Shown: positions 34,556-44,839 of the stretch, piece after piece | Layout: every line of letters begins with the position of its first letter | How positions within the stretch are numbered: position 1 is the first letter of the stretch | Source: an uncultured bacterium | Lineage (GTDB): Bacteria; Bacillota_I; Bacilli_A; RF39; UBA660 | Direction: 5' to 3' | NCBI GenBank assembly: GCA_949293285.1 | Contig: CASFCU010000059.1 | Coordinates: forward strand, 1-46,785 | Length of the DNA stretch: 46,785 bases | Notes under the pieces: model-generated | Told to the model about the DNA's origin: nothing | What the model saw: the letters and a program-made list of their open reading frames with translations, nothing else | Database searches by the model: none | Position numbers and translations under genes: made by a program

Positions 34556-36028
34556 ATGAAAGAAAGAATAAAAGTAATCGATTTTAAATATAAAATAACA
34601 ATATTAACTTTCCTTTTCTTTTTAATAATTACTTCCTTAGCACCCATAAGTGGGGGAGACTGGAATAGTTATCTAATTGGAAAAGGTGGATTTATTAGCT
34701 CAATAAAAAACATGAACTTAAATGATGGAAGGATTATAAGCGGCTTCTTAATCAATTTCCTATCTTATCATAAACCCTTATTTAACCTAATATTTTCATG
34801 CCTAATGAGTCTTTTTGTTCATTGTGTTAACAATGCAATGGGATATGTCAAAAACAAATATTTTTATCTATTCCCTTTCATAGGACTTCTATTAGTAAGC
34901 ACATTTACTTTCTCTTATAACTATGTATCCATTACTTCTGCAGTAGCCTATACCTTTCCTTCCTTATTGACATTTCTCTATTTCTCTTATATTTGGAGAA
35001 AAACCACTTTCTCATTCACCATAAAAGAATATATTTTATTAACTTTAATGGCAATATACATTTCCTTATCCTCAATCCATATTTCAACAATCTTTTTGCT
35101 AGGTAATATATTGTTTTATCTAAAAATGGTAAAATCGAAAAAGAGTTTTCCTAAAGCTTATTCTTTTATAATCATATTTCAAATACTATCATTCATATTG
35201 TCATTACTAAGTATTGATAAAAGTTTATTCTATGGAACTTTAGACGAAGGCGTAACAAATATCACCAGATACATAGACACAATATTTTCACGAAACATCA
35301 TACTAATCATCATTGGAGCAATACCTATCAATTATTACCTTAACGACAAACTAGAAACTTGTATTTACAAAAGAGTAATAATAACCTTATTTGATTTAAT
35401 ACTAATATTTAGCTTGGCATACAATTTTTATAACTATTCACCAGTGAATTTAAATTTAATCATTAATAAGTATTTTGGTGTATTTGCAGTAGAAAATTGG
35501 TATTATATCTTTTACTTTATTACATATCTAATCCTTTTTTTCTTAAGCCTTAACTATATAATTAAAAATAGAAAAACAAAACAATATTTGAATCTTTTCT
35601 TTATGATGAGTTTTATAGTTAGTATCTTCTCTATAATATCACCTATATGGGATGAAGGAAATAACATATTTATCCTGTTATTTATTATCTTTTCAAATTC
35701 TATAATTCTAAAAGAATTAGATATAAAAATATATAAGAAATTAGTAATAGTTTCTACTATTATCCTATTGATATATTATATATCGATGATGATGATAACA
35801 AAATATATTGATGTAACTAGAAAAGAATACATAGAAGAACAACTAAAATATGATGAACAAATAATAGAAGTAAAAGCAAATCCGATTTATTTAGTATGGA
35901 GATATAATCCAGTAACCATTTTCCAACAAAAAGACTTTAAAAAGTACTACAATATTCCTCAAGATAAAGAACTAGATGTGAAGTATTTAGGAATATTTGA
36001 AAAAATAGAAAGGAAAATTAAAGAATAA
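34556..36028 (+). CDS. Polytopic membrane protein, probable GT-C-like glycosyltransferase/polymerase of the glycopolymer cluster
   Basis: About 12 TM helices. An early extracytoplasmic loop carries GGDW. The function is inferred from context. Confidence 0.45.
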   Translation: MKERIKVIDFKYKITILTFLFFLIITSLAPISGGDWNSYLIGKGGFISSIKNMNLNDGRIISGFLINFLSYHKPLFNLIFSCLMSLFVHCVNNAMGYVKNKYFYLFPFIGLLLVSTFTFSYNYVSITSAVAYTFPSLLTFLYFSYIWRKTTFSFTIKEYILLTLMAIYISLSSIHISTIFLLGNILFYLKMVKSKKSFPKAYSFIIIFQILSFILSLLSIDKSLFYGTLDEGVTNITRYIDTIFSRNIILIIIGAIPINYYLNDKLETCIYKRVIITLFDLILIFSLAYNFYNYSPVNLNLIINKYFGVFAVENWYYIFYFITYLILFFLSLNYIIKNRKTKQYLNLFFMMSFIVSIFSIISPIWDEGNNIFILLFIIFSNSIILKELDIKIYKKLVIVSTIILLIYYISMMMITKYIDVTRKEYIEEQLKYDEQIIEVKANPIYLVWRYNPVTIFQQKDFKKYYNIPQDKELDVKYLGIFEKIERKIKE

Positions 36029-36220
36029 AAATAATAAACAGAAATTATGATTCACAAAAGAAAGATAATTTCTTTTCAATTGCAAGTAAATTTTGCTAAA
36101 CAATAGGAAATACTAAAAATAACATAAAAAAACGATAGGTATTTAAAAAACAATCGTTTTTGAAAAATAGATTTTTATATTATATAATGAATATATATTT
36201 AAATAGAAAAGAGTGATAAT

Positions 36221-39200
36221 ATGTATAAAATAATGGATGGAAATGAGGCATGTAGTTATATTTCTTATAATTTTTCTGAACTTACTGGAATATATCCAAT
36301 CACACCTGCATCACCCATGGCAGAATATATTGATAAATGGTCAAATGCTGGTAAAGAAAATTTCTTTGGAAGCCCAGTGAAAGTAATAGAAATGGAAAGT
36401 GAAGCTGGTGCTATTGGAACAGTACATGGTGCATTACAAAACGGAATCCTTGCTACAACTTATACTGCTTCTCAAGGGCTATTACTAATGATCCCTAATA
36501 TGTATAAAATAGCAGGGGAAATGCTTCCTTGTGTCATCAATGTAGCCGCAAGGAGCCTAGCTACCCATGCATTGTCTATATTAGGAGATCATCAAGATAT
36601 ATATGCCACAAGACAAACAGGATTTGCAATTTTGGCATCCTCTTCCGTTCAACAAGTAATGGACTTAACAAGTATTAGTTATCTATCGGCATTGAAAGGA
36701 AAGATTCCTTTTCTCAACTTTTTTGATGGTTTTAGAACCAGTCATGAACTACAAAAAATAGAAGTCCTAGATATCAGCAAAATAAAACCATTAATTGATA
36801 AAAAAGCGTTAAATGATTTCAGAAAAAAAGCAATCAGTATTAACAATGTAACAAGAGGAACCAATGAAAATGATGATATTTACTTTCAGATAACAGAAGC
36901 AAGAAACAAATACTATGATGCCCTTCCAGATATAGTAAATATGTATATGGAAAAAATAAACGAAATAACAAAAAAAGAGTATAAGCCCTTTAACTATTAC
37001 GGAGTGGAAAATGCTACTAAAATTATTGTAGCAATGGGATCAGTCTGTGAAACAATAAAAGAAACCATAGATATCTTAATAAAAAATAACGAAAGAGTAG
37101 GACTAATAGAAGTTCATTTATATCGTCCATTTAGTAGTAAATACTTTTTAAATGTCTTGCCAAAAACAGTAAAATCTATTGCAGTATTAGATAGAACAAA
37201 AGAATCTGGAGCAAGAGAACCTCTTTTCCTAGACGTATTAAATGTAATAAATGAAAGTAAAAGAAAAATCAAAGTAATTGGTGGAAGATATGGACTATCT
37301 AGTAAGAATACTTCAAAAGATCATATAAACAGTGTCTATGATTTTTTAGATAAAAAAGATTCTTTTAGTGGATTTACCATAGGAATAGAAGATGATGTAA
37401 CTAATTTGAGTCTAAAACCCAAAAAATTAGAATATAAACCTCAAAACTATGAAATTTTAATCTATGGATTTGGCTCAGATGGTATGGTTAGCGCATCGAA
37501 AGATATTTTAAAGATAATTGGAAATAATACCAAAGCTTATACACAAGGCTACTTCGAATATGATTCTAAAAAATCGGGTGGTGTAACCAAATGCCATATA
37601 AGACTAGGAAATAAAGAAATAAGGTCAACCTATTATGTAGAATATCCAAGTCTAGTAGTATGTACCAAAGATACCTATTTAACAAAATTTGAAATGTTAG
37701 ATACTATCTTAGAAAATGGAACTTTTATTTTAAACACTACAAAGTCTAAAGAAGAAATATTAGAATACATAACAAATCATGATAAAGAAATATTAAAAAA
37801 GAGAAATATCAAGTTTTATATAATAAATGCAAATAAGATATCGATGGAAGAAGGACTAAATAACAAGATCAATACTATTATAGCCACAGCCATATTTAAA
37901 ATAGGAAAACTAATTGACTTTAAGTTTGCTATAAATGAGATAAAGAAATCCCTAGAATCCTTGTTGACAAATAAAGGAAATGATATCATAGAAAAAAATA
38001 TAAAAGCCATAGATAGAGCATTAGAAACACTACAATTAGTAGCATTAGAGGAAATAAAAGTAAAAAATGAAAAAAATACTAAAGAGCATCATACCGTATT
38101 TGAACTAATAACTTCCAGAAAAGGAAATGACTTACCAGTCAGTAAATTAGAACAATACGTAGATGGAAGCTTCGAAGGCGGACTTGCAAAATTAGAGAAG
38201 AAGGATATAACTGAAATGTTACCATGCTATGACAAAGAAAAATGCATTATGTGCAATCAATGTTCCTTAGTTTGCCCGCACGGAGTAATTAGACCATTTT
38301 TATTGGATGAAAAAGAAGAAAAAAAATCTCCGGAATCAGTAAAAAAAGACTTGAAAGATTCACTGATAAAAGATAAAAATCTAAAATTTACCATTGGTGT
38401 TAGTATGAATAACTGTACTGGTTGTGGTTTATGTAGCAATGTATGCCCTGGAAAAAATAAAGAAAAAGCAATTGTTATGAAACCAGTCAGTGAAGTAAAA
38501 ACAGAAGAAAATATTGAAAAATCGGATTATTTATTCAATCAAGTAAAAGAAAAAAAAGTAATGGATATCAATACGATAAAAGGAAGTCAATTTGCACGAG
38601 CTCGTTTTGAATTTTCTGGAGCATGTGCTGGTTGTGGAGAAACTCCATATCTTAAACTTCTAACTCAATTATTTGGTGGGGAATTAGTAATAGCAAATGC
38701 AACTGGATGTTCTTCTATTTATGGAGGAAGCATACCGACAACTTCTTATAGTATTCCCTGGATGAATTCATTGTTTGAAGACAATGCTGAATTTGGATTA
38801 GGAATGCAACTAGCCGATAAAATACACAAAGAAAAAATAAAAACAGCAATATATAACAACTTAAAGAAAATTCCAAATGAATATAAGGAAATCTTTGCAT
38901 CCTATTATAAAAGAGGAGATTATGAATCTAGTTGTTTACTTTATGAAATTGTAAATAAAACAAAAATAAAAGAATTAATAGAAATGAAAGAATTTATCAA
39001 AACAAAATCATTTTGGATAGTAGGTGGAGATGGATGGGCTTATGATATTGGATATAACGGTCTTGATCACGTTCTATCGACAAATGAAAATATAAACATA
39101 TTAGTATTAGATACCGAAGTATATTCAAACACGGGAGGTCAATCATCAAAATCAAGTAAAGTAGGAAGTGTAGCAAAATTTACTTCTACTGGTAAAACTC

Positions 39201-39649
39201 TTGCCAAAAAAGATCTTGCCAAAATAGCTCTTACTTATCCACATGTTTATGTGGCAACCGTGTCACTAGGAGCAAATATGATGCAAACGATTAAAGCTTT
39301 TAGTGAAGCAAAAGCATATCATGGACCATCACTTATCATTGCTTATGCTCCGTGCATTGCCCAAGGAATAAAACAAGGAATGGGAAATAGCATAGAAGAA
39401 GAAAAAAAAGCCACAGAATCAGGATACTTTCCAATATTTAGATACAACCCAGAAACGAAAGTATTTTCTTTAGACAGTAAAGCGGATTTTTCAAAATATA
39501 AAGAATTTTTAGAAGGAGAGACAAGATATTCTTCTTTATCTAAAGTAAACCCAGAAAAAAAATTAGAGTTTTATGAGCAAAACCAGAAAAATGCCGAGGA
39601 TAGGTATAAATATTATGAAACTTTAAAAACAAATCAAAAAGACCAGTAA
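36221..39649 (+). CDS. nifJ: Pyruvate:ferredoxin (flavodoxin) oxidoreductase
   Basis: 1142 aa. Two 4Fe-4S motifs (CIMCNQCSLVCP, CTGCGLCSNVCP) and a TPP domain (GGDGWAYDIG...SNTGGQ). Confidence 0.97.
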   Translation: MYKIMDGNEACSYISYNFSELTGIYPITPASPMAEYIDKWSNAGKENFFGSPVKVIEMESEAGAIGTVHGALQNGILATTYTASQGLLLMIPNMYKIAGEMLPCVINVAARSLATHALSILGDHQDIYATRQTGFAILASSSVQQVMDLTSISYLSALKGKIPFLNFFDGFRTSHELQKIEVLDISKIKPLIDKKALNDFRKKAISINNVTRGTNENDDIYFQITEARNKYYDALPDIVNMYMEKINEITKKEYKPFNYYGVENATKIIVAMGSVCETIKETIDILIKNNERVGLIEVHLYRPFSSKYFLNVLPKTVKSIAVLDRTKESGAREPLFLDVLNVINESKRKIKVIGGRYGLSSKNTSKDHINSVYDFLDKKDSFSGFTIGIEDDVTNLSLKPKKLEYKPQNYEILIYGFGSDGMVSASKDILKIIGNNTKAYTQGYFEYDSKKSGGVTKCHIRLGNKEIRSTYYVEYPSLVVCTKDTYLTKFEMLDTILENGTFILNTTKSKEEILEYITNHDKEILKKRNIKFYIINANKISMEEGLNNKINTIIATAIFKIGKLIDFKFAINEIKKSLESLLTNKGNDIIEKNIKAIDRALETLQLVALEEIKVKNEKNTKEHHTVFELITSRKGNDLPVSKLEQYVDGSFEGGLAKLEKKDITEMLPCYDKEKCIMCNQCSLVCPHGVIRPFLLDEKEEKKSPESVKKDLKDSLIKDKNLKFTIGVSMNNCTGCGLCSNVCPGKNKEKAIVMKPVSEVKTEENIEKSDYLFNQVKEKKVMDINTIKGSQFARARFEFSGACAGCGETPYLKLLTQLFGGELVIANATGCSSIYGGSIPTTSYSIPWMNSLFEDNAEFGLGMQLADKIHKEKIKTAIYNNLKKIPNEYKEIFASYYKRGDYESSCLLYEIVNKTKIKELIEMKEFIKTKSFWIVGGDGWAYDIGYNGLDHVLSTNENINILVLDTEVYSNTGGQSSKSSKVGSVAKFTSTGKTLAKKDLAKIALTYPHVYVATVSLGANMMQTIKAFSEAKAYHGPSLIIAYAPCIAQGIKQGMGNSIEEEKKATESGYFPIFRYNPETKVFSLDSKADFSKYKEFLEGETRYSSLSKVNPEKKLEFYEQNQKNAEDRYKYYETLKTNQKDQ

Positions 39650-39702
39650 ATATTATTTACAAAACTTAAAAGTCTGATTAAAATAAAAAAACAGGTGAGA
39701 AA

Positions 39703-40782
39703 ATGAAATATTACTGGGATAATAAAGATTTACGAAAAGACTTAAAAGAATTAGAAAAAAGATTAAAACTAGAAAAAAATCCAAAAGAACAAGAATTACT
39801 AGCATATTATATAGCAACAACAAAACAGATTATATTATCATTAGAAGATGAAGACTTAAAAGAAGAACAAGAAATTTCTATTGCATACTTATCACAAATT
39901 GTTCCATCATTCCTATTATACTATCCATATATAGAAAAATATAACAAGATAGCTAACAAAAAAGAATTACCAGACTTGAATTCATTCGAAAATGATACCA
40001 AGAAAAATAAATTGAGTAAAGATGCTTTAATAGAATTAATACATGAATTCTACCGTTCTACAAATTTAGAAATATACGATAAATTTCAAGAAATCTATCG
40101 AAAAAGACATCATATTATTTATTTTTCTCAAGAAGAATATGCATACATGCAATTTATTCCAGGAATAAACAAACCATATTTTACCTTAAATGAACCATCT
40201 GGAAAAGATTATAAATTATCATTGATGGAAGCAACCCATGAAATAGCTCATGGAATTGCTTCCTTAATCAGTCCGGAAAGATACACCTTCGATGAACTGA
40301 GTTTTTTTACTGAAATAGAATCGATGTTTTTTGAACTAGTAGCAATCGATTTTTTCTCTAAACAATTAAATGATGATGGATTTTATAAAGATGAACTAAT
40401 GGTTCTCAAATCACAGGATCTGGCTAGTCAAAGAATACTAATCTATAGAGATTTAGCCGATTATCGTTTTAAATTAAAAAATCCAAGTCAAGAAGAATTT
40501 TTAGAACAAATCAAAGAAGAAGCAATAAGAAATATGCTAACTATGGAAGATAAAGAAAACTTCGAAGAAGATTTGAAATACTTATTTAGTTATATAGTAG
40601 CAATAGAATTATCTGAAATATACAGAAAAGATAAAAATAGTGCATTAGAAATGTTAAAAGAAATATTAAAAAGAAAAGATAGTGAAGGAGAATATGAAAA
40701 TATAACAAAAATAGTAACTCCAGGGAAATCACTTGCAAAATTTAGAAAAAGAATTTACAATCAAGCAACAAAAAAAACATAA
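39703..40782 (+). CDS. M3-like zinc metallopeptidase (HExxH) of unknown specificity
   Basis: HEIAHG with a downstream Glu (TEIES) about 25 residues later, as in M3/oligoendopeptidase-type enzymes. No signal peptide. It is shorter than PepF. Confidence 0.5.
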   Translation: MKYYWDNKDLRKDLKELEKRLKLEKNPKEQELLAYYIATTKQIILSLEDEDLKEEQEISIAYLSQIVPSFLLYYPYIEKYNKIANKKELPDLNSFENDTKKNKLSKDALIELIHEFYRSTNLEIYDKFQEIYRKRHHIIYFSQEEYAYMQFIPGINKPYFTLNEPSGKDYKLSLMEATHEIAHGIASLISPERYTFDELSFFTEIESMFFELVAIDFFSKQLNDDGFYKDELMVLKSQDLASQRILIYRDLADYRFKLKNPSQEEFLEQIKEEAIRNMLTMEDKENFEEDLKYLFSYIVAIELSEIYRKDKNSALEMLKEILKRKDSEGEYENITKIVTPGKSLAKFRKRIYNQATKKT

Positions 40783-40822
40783 AAATATGTTTAAAGTTGA
40801 ATATGATAATACAATAAATTTT

Positions 40823-40870
40823 AAGACCGCCGGTAAATAGATTATCCAACGGTCTTTTATATTTTTATAA
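40823..40870 (+). terminator. Possible terminator after the peptidase gene
   Basis: AAGACCG (40823-40829) pairs with CGGTCTT (40850-40856), followed by TTATATTTTT. The 20-nt loop is large, so this is weak. Confidence 0.35.
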
Positions 40871-40976
40871 AATGAAAGAAGTTTTAGAGTTAGTCTATTT
40901 AAAATAACTCCGAATCCTCTTCATTGCTAATAAGATAAGAATTTAAAAAATTCTATTTTAATACCATAGTATTTTC

Positions 40977-41079
40977 AAAAAAAAGAAGTACCTCCCCCTG
41001 AGAAGGCACTTCACAAAAGAATAAAAAGGGGTTGGCTAGTGTGATACTAGCGACCAATTCGCCAATTTCGAATTGGTGA
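40977..41079 (-). ncRNA. Candidate ~100-nt small RNA with consensus promoter and strong terminator
   Basis: On the minus strand: TTGACA (41113-41108), a 17-nt spacer, then TATTAT (41090-41085). The predicted RNA has a 9-bp hairpin (ACCAATTCG/CGAATTGGT) and a 6-bp hairpin (GCTAGT/ACTAGC). It then has unpaired CCAACCCCUUUUUAUUCUUUUG and a terminator, GAAGUGCC-12 nt-GGUACUUC plus U8. There is no ATG in the RNA. Confidence 0.55.
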
Positions 41080-41176
41080 TTTCTATAATAATCGAAAGGA
41101 CAAATTTTGTCAAGAAAAATATATTTAAATTTACTTTTAAATTTTTATATTGTATATTTCTATTATAGGAGGCAGT

Positions 41177-41617
41177 ATGAGTAAGAAGTTAGGATGGTTA
41201 ATATTGATAATTACTTTTCTTTCAATGACCGCATTATTAATAATACCAGAGTCATCATCTAAAAATACGAGTAATAACGAAGAAAATAGTATTATTGATA
41301 ATATCAATAAAAATAACACAACCAAAGTGAATATAATAGGTAATTACAAAGTACAAGAAGATAAAAAATCAATATTAAATATTAATGAAGATGGAACATA
41401 TGAAATTCATATCAATGTATGTGAAGGGTATTTAGAAGTATCAGGAGAGTATGAAATCATCGATAAAAAATTAAAATTACTTAATGAAAGTAAATTTGAA
41501 AAGTATCCCAGCCTGTACGAAAATTATGAATTTTCCTTTACAATTATAGATGATGATACACTAAGATTAGACGAAGATCTTGTATGCCTTTTCCAAAACA
41601 CATTGTTTGAAAGATAA
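41177..41617 (+). CDS. Small membrane-anchored/secreted protein of unknown function
   Basis: AGGAGG RBS 5 nt before ATG 41177. N-terminal TM: LGWLILIITFLSMTALLII. 146 aa. Confidence 0.65.
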   Translation: MSKKLGWLILIITFLSMTALLIIPESSSKNTSNNEENSIIDNINKNNTTKVNIIGNYKVQEDKKSILNINEDGTYEIHINVCEGYLEVSGEYEIIDKKLKLLNESKFEKYPSLYENYEFSFTIIDDDTLRLDEDLVCLFQNTLFER

Positions 41618-41678
41618 CAATGTTTTTCTTTATAAAAAATGAGTTTTATGATATAATACACAAAGAGGAAGTGATAGT

Positions 41679-43673
41679 ATGAACAAATTACCTAAAATAA
41701 AAGGAGTTGGTCCTAAAATAGAACAACTACTAAATAAAATAGGAATTTATACTATAGATGACTTGGTCACTCATTATCCTTTTAGATATGATGTATTAAG
41801 AAGAACGGATTTAAAAAATATAACGGATCCAGAACAAAAAATTGTAGTAGATGGTAAAGTAGAAAGTATTCCTCTTGTTATAAGATTTAAAGGAGGAACA
41901 AATAAATTAAATTTTAGATTATCAACAATGAATGGAATGGTTGGAGTTTCTATCTTTGGAAGAGCATTTTTAAAACAGAGTTTGCCAGTTGGAGAGAAAA
42001 TAATCGTAATAGGAAAATACGACCAAACAAAAAATATTATAAATGCTTCGGATATTAAATTTGGAAGTCTAACGAACCAAGATAGAATAGAATCTGTATA
42101 CCATACGACGAGTGGTCTATCACAGAAAATTTTATCTTCCGCTATAAATAATGGCTTAGCTGCATATGGAAATGAAATAGCCGACAGTATTCCAAAACAT
42201 TTATTAGAAAAATACGGATTTTTAAACAAGAAAACTGCTCTAAACATTGTTCACAATCCACCAAATTATGAGAAACTAAAAGAAGCAAGTATTAGATTGA
42301 AATATGAAGAATTGTTTGAATTTATGTTCAAGATTAATTATTTAAAGGCAGCAAATAACAAAAACAACATGGGAATCGAAAGAAAGACAACAGAGGACAT
42401 AAATGATTTTATAAGTAATTTACCTTTTGAATTAACGACCGATCAAAAGAAAGCACTAAATGAAATTATTGAAGATTTAAACAGTAAAAGAAGGATGAAT
42501 AGACTTCTTCAAGGAGATGTAGGAAGTGGTAAAACGATAGTTGCCGTTTTAGCAATGTACTATAATTTTCTTTGTGGATATCAAAGTGCTTTAATGGCCC
42601 CAACAGAAATATTAGCAATACAACATTACAATAATATAAAAGAATTATTAAAAAAAGAAGAAATAAATATAGAATTATTAACAGGATCTGTTAATAAAAA
42701 AGAAAAGCAAGAAATATATAATAAATTAAAAGAAGGATCTATCCATATTATTATTGGGACACATGCCCTTATTCAAGAGGAAGTAGAATATCACAATTTG
42801 GGATTAGTTGTTACGGATGAACAGCACCGTTTTGGTGTAAATCAAAGATCAAATTTAAAAAATAAAGGAATAAAACCAGATGTATTATATATGAGTGCTA
42901 CTCCCATACCAAGAACTTATGCACTTACAATTTATGGTGATATGGAGGTATCTACTATAAAAGAAATGCCAAAGGGGCGTCTTCCAGTGAAAACAAAAGT
43001 ATACAAGTCAAATGAAATGAAAGAAGTATATAATAAAATGTCTGAGGAACTAAAGAACAAACACCAAATTTACGTTATATCACCATTGATTGAGGAAAAT
43101 GAGGAATTGGATTTAACCGACATTTATACGTTAAGAGATAAAATGAACTTAATATTTGGGAATAAATATAAAATAGATATTGTTCATGGAAAAATGAAAC
43201 CGAAAGAAAAAGAACTCATAATGGAAGAATTTAAACAAAACATTGTAAATATACTAATCAGTACCACTGTAATAGAAGTAGGTGTCGATGTGCCAAATGC
43301 CACCATGATAGTAATATTTGATGCCAACAGATTTGGACTTTCTACATTACACCAATTAAGAGGACGAGTGGGAAGAAATAGTTTAGAATCCAAATGCTTA
43401 TTGATAAGTAATTCTGACACTAAGAGATTAGAAATAATGGAAAGAATAAATGACGGTTTTATGATAAGTGAAGAAGATTTCAAACTTCGAGGATCAGGAG
43501 ACTTATTTGGTACGAAACAAAGTGGTGATATGACATTTAAAATGGCCAATTTAAAAAGTGATTACAAAATACTATTACAAGCTAAAAAAGATTCTCAAGA
43601 CTACCTAGAAAATCAGTCTTACGACAAAGAAGAATTAAAAAAAAGGTTAATTTCTTCGATTGAGTTTAATTAA
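41679..43673 (+). CDS. recG: ATP-dependent DNA helicase RecG
   Basis: Wedge domain plus SF2 helicase motifs (GDVGSGKT, DEQHRFGV, SATPIPR, QLRGRVGR). Confidence 0.97.
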   Translation: MNKLPKIKGVGPKIEQLLNKIGIYTIDDLVTHYPFRYDVLRRTDLKNITDPEQKIVVDGKVESIPLVIRFKGGTNKLNFRLSTMNGMVGVSIFGRAFLKQSLPVGEKIIVIGKYDQTKNIINASDIKFGSLTNQDRIESVYHTTSGLSQKILSSAINNGLAAYGNEIADSIPKHLLEKYGFLNKKTALNIVHNPPNYEKLKEASIRLKYEELFEFMFKINYLKAANNKNNMGIERKTTEDINDFISNLPFELTTDQKKALNEIIEDLNSKRRMNRLLQGDVGSGKTIVAVLAMYYNFLCGYQSALMAPTEILAIQHYNNIKELLKKEEINIELLTGSVNKKEKQEIYNKLKEGSIHIIIGTHALIQEEVEYHNLGLVVTDEQHRFGVNQRSNLKNKGIKPDVLYMSATPIPRTYALTIYGDMEVSTIKEMPKGRLPVKTKVYKSNEMKEVYNKMSEELKNKHQIYVISPLIEENEELDLTDIYTLRDKMNLIFGNKYKIDIVHGKMKPKEKELIMEEFKQNIVNILISTTVIEVGVDVPNATMIVIFDANRFGLSTLHQLRGRVGRNSLESKCLLISNSDTKRLEIMERINDGFMISEEDFKLRGSGDLFGTKQSGDMTFKMANLKSDYKILLQAKKDSQDYLENQSYDKEELKKRLISSIEFN

Positions 43674-43786
43674 TCTAAAAAAATTATTCCTGTTTAAAGA
43701 ATATGAAAATGATATCAACTTATAGCAGCTATTGTTCTAACCTATTTTACACATAATACTAAAAAACAAGACTTTTAAAATGGAAG

Positions 43787-43831
43787 CTATAAAGTGACTT
43801 TTCGAAAGAAAGGTTACCTTATAGTTTTTTT
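43787..43831 (+). terminator. Rho-independent terminator after recG
   Basis: CTATAAAGTGAC pairs with GTTACCTTATAG (2 mismatches). T7 follows. Confidence 0.55.
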
Positions 43832-43897
43832 ATAGCACTTTTTTGAAAAAATAAAATATTACATACTAATTATTAAATAATAAAGCAAAAATATCTA

Positions 43898-43923
43898 TAA
43901 AAAAAGATGATATCGAATCATCT
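43898..43923 (-). terminator. Rho-independent terminator of the lipoprotein operon (minus strand)
   Basis: AGATGAT pairs with ATCATCT (43905-43923). On the minus strand the hairpin is followed directly by T7. Confidence 0.6.
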
Positions 43924-43963
43924 CATTTTTTTAAAAGTTTCTTTATTCTATAAAAGTTGACAA

Positions 43964-44839
43964 TTAATTGATTATTAATGTCTCAAAATTATCAATATAT
44001 TCTCTTGAATTATATTTACTTATGATAGTATTTATAATTTCCTCATTCATATTACTACTATATCCTTTAAATATCTGGTCCCCAATAATAAAGTATGGAA
44101 CAGAACGAGGTCCGACATTATCACCAAAATATTCCAAGAATTTGTCCATAAGTAAACCATTATTTTCATTACGCCAAACCTCGAAAGCATATATATTGTA
44201 ATATTCTTCATATTCGGCATGAATACTTTCTAAAAATGAAAATAACTCTTCACAATGTGGACAACCATATCCCCAGAATATATAAATATTAATTTTGTCT
44301 TTGCTAAATACAATTTCATCTATATCGGAATTTCTATTTATAATATATTGATTATTCATTTCATTATCTACTTGATTGTCTATACTTTCTGTTTGGTCTA
44401 AAAAAACCTTTGATGTAAACCATTCTTCAAAATTATCACTACTTTTATAGTAATTCTTATCTTCGTTACTGTCTGCTCTCAGATAAGAGAAAATTTCACC
44501 TTGATTATAAATTACAACAGATGGATAGAATTTCAAAGTTTCCCCAATTTTTGTATTATCAATATCTAAACCAGATATTTTATAAAAACTCATTTGTTTT
44601 TTCTCTAAGAACTCCATCAAAATATTATTGAATTCTGTTGAAGTGGCACAATTTGGCAGATAAACAAATACGGCAAATGAACCTTTTTCTTTTTCTAATG
44701 ACCTTAGTTTCTCATTATTTATCTCTACTAATGCATTGCTATTGTTATAATATTCTTCGTCTAATTCAAATGATTGTTCACTTTGACACCCTATCATCAG
44801 TAGGGTAGAGAAGAACATCAATAATAATATTTTTTTCAT
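43964..44839 (-). CDS. Lipoprotein with two thioredoxin-fold domains (CxxS and CPHC active sites)
   Basis: Lipobox LMIGC. Domain 1 has NCATS and domain 2 has GCPHCEELF (a DsbA/Trx-type CPHC). Both are predicted to be extracytoplasmic. Confidence 0.75.
   Translation of the reverse strand: MKKILLLMFFSTLLMIGCQSEQSFELDEEYYNNSNALVEINNEKLRSLEKEKGSFAVFVYLPNCATSTEFNNILMEFLEKKQMSFYKISGLDIDNTKIGETLKFYPSVVIYNQGEIFSYLRADSNEDKNYYKSSDNFEEWFTSKVFLDQTESIDNQVDNEMNNQYIINRNSDIDEIVFSKDKINIYIFWGYGCPHCEELFSFLESIHAEYEEYYNIYAFEVWRNENNGLLMDKFLEYFGDNVGPRSVPYFIIGDQIFKGYSSNMNEEIINTIISKYNSREYIDNFETLIIN

Noticed and set aside
40985-41012. The hairpin as the plus-strand terminator of the 39703-40782 gene
   Set aside because: On the plus strand the A-run precedes the stem and no U-tract follows it. 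On the minus strand the same stem is followed by U8 and is matched by a consensus promoter 100 nt upstream.
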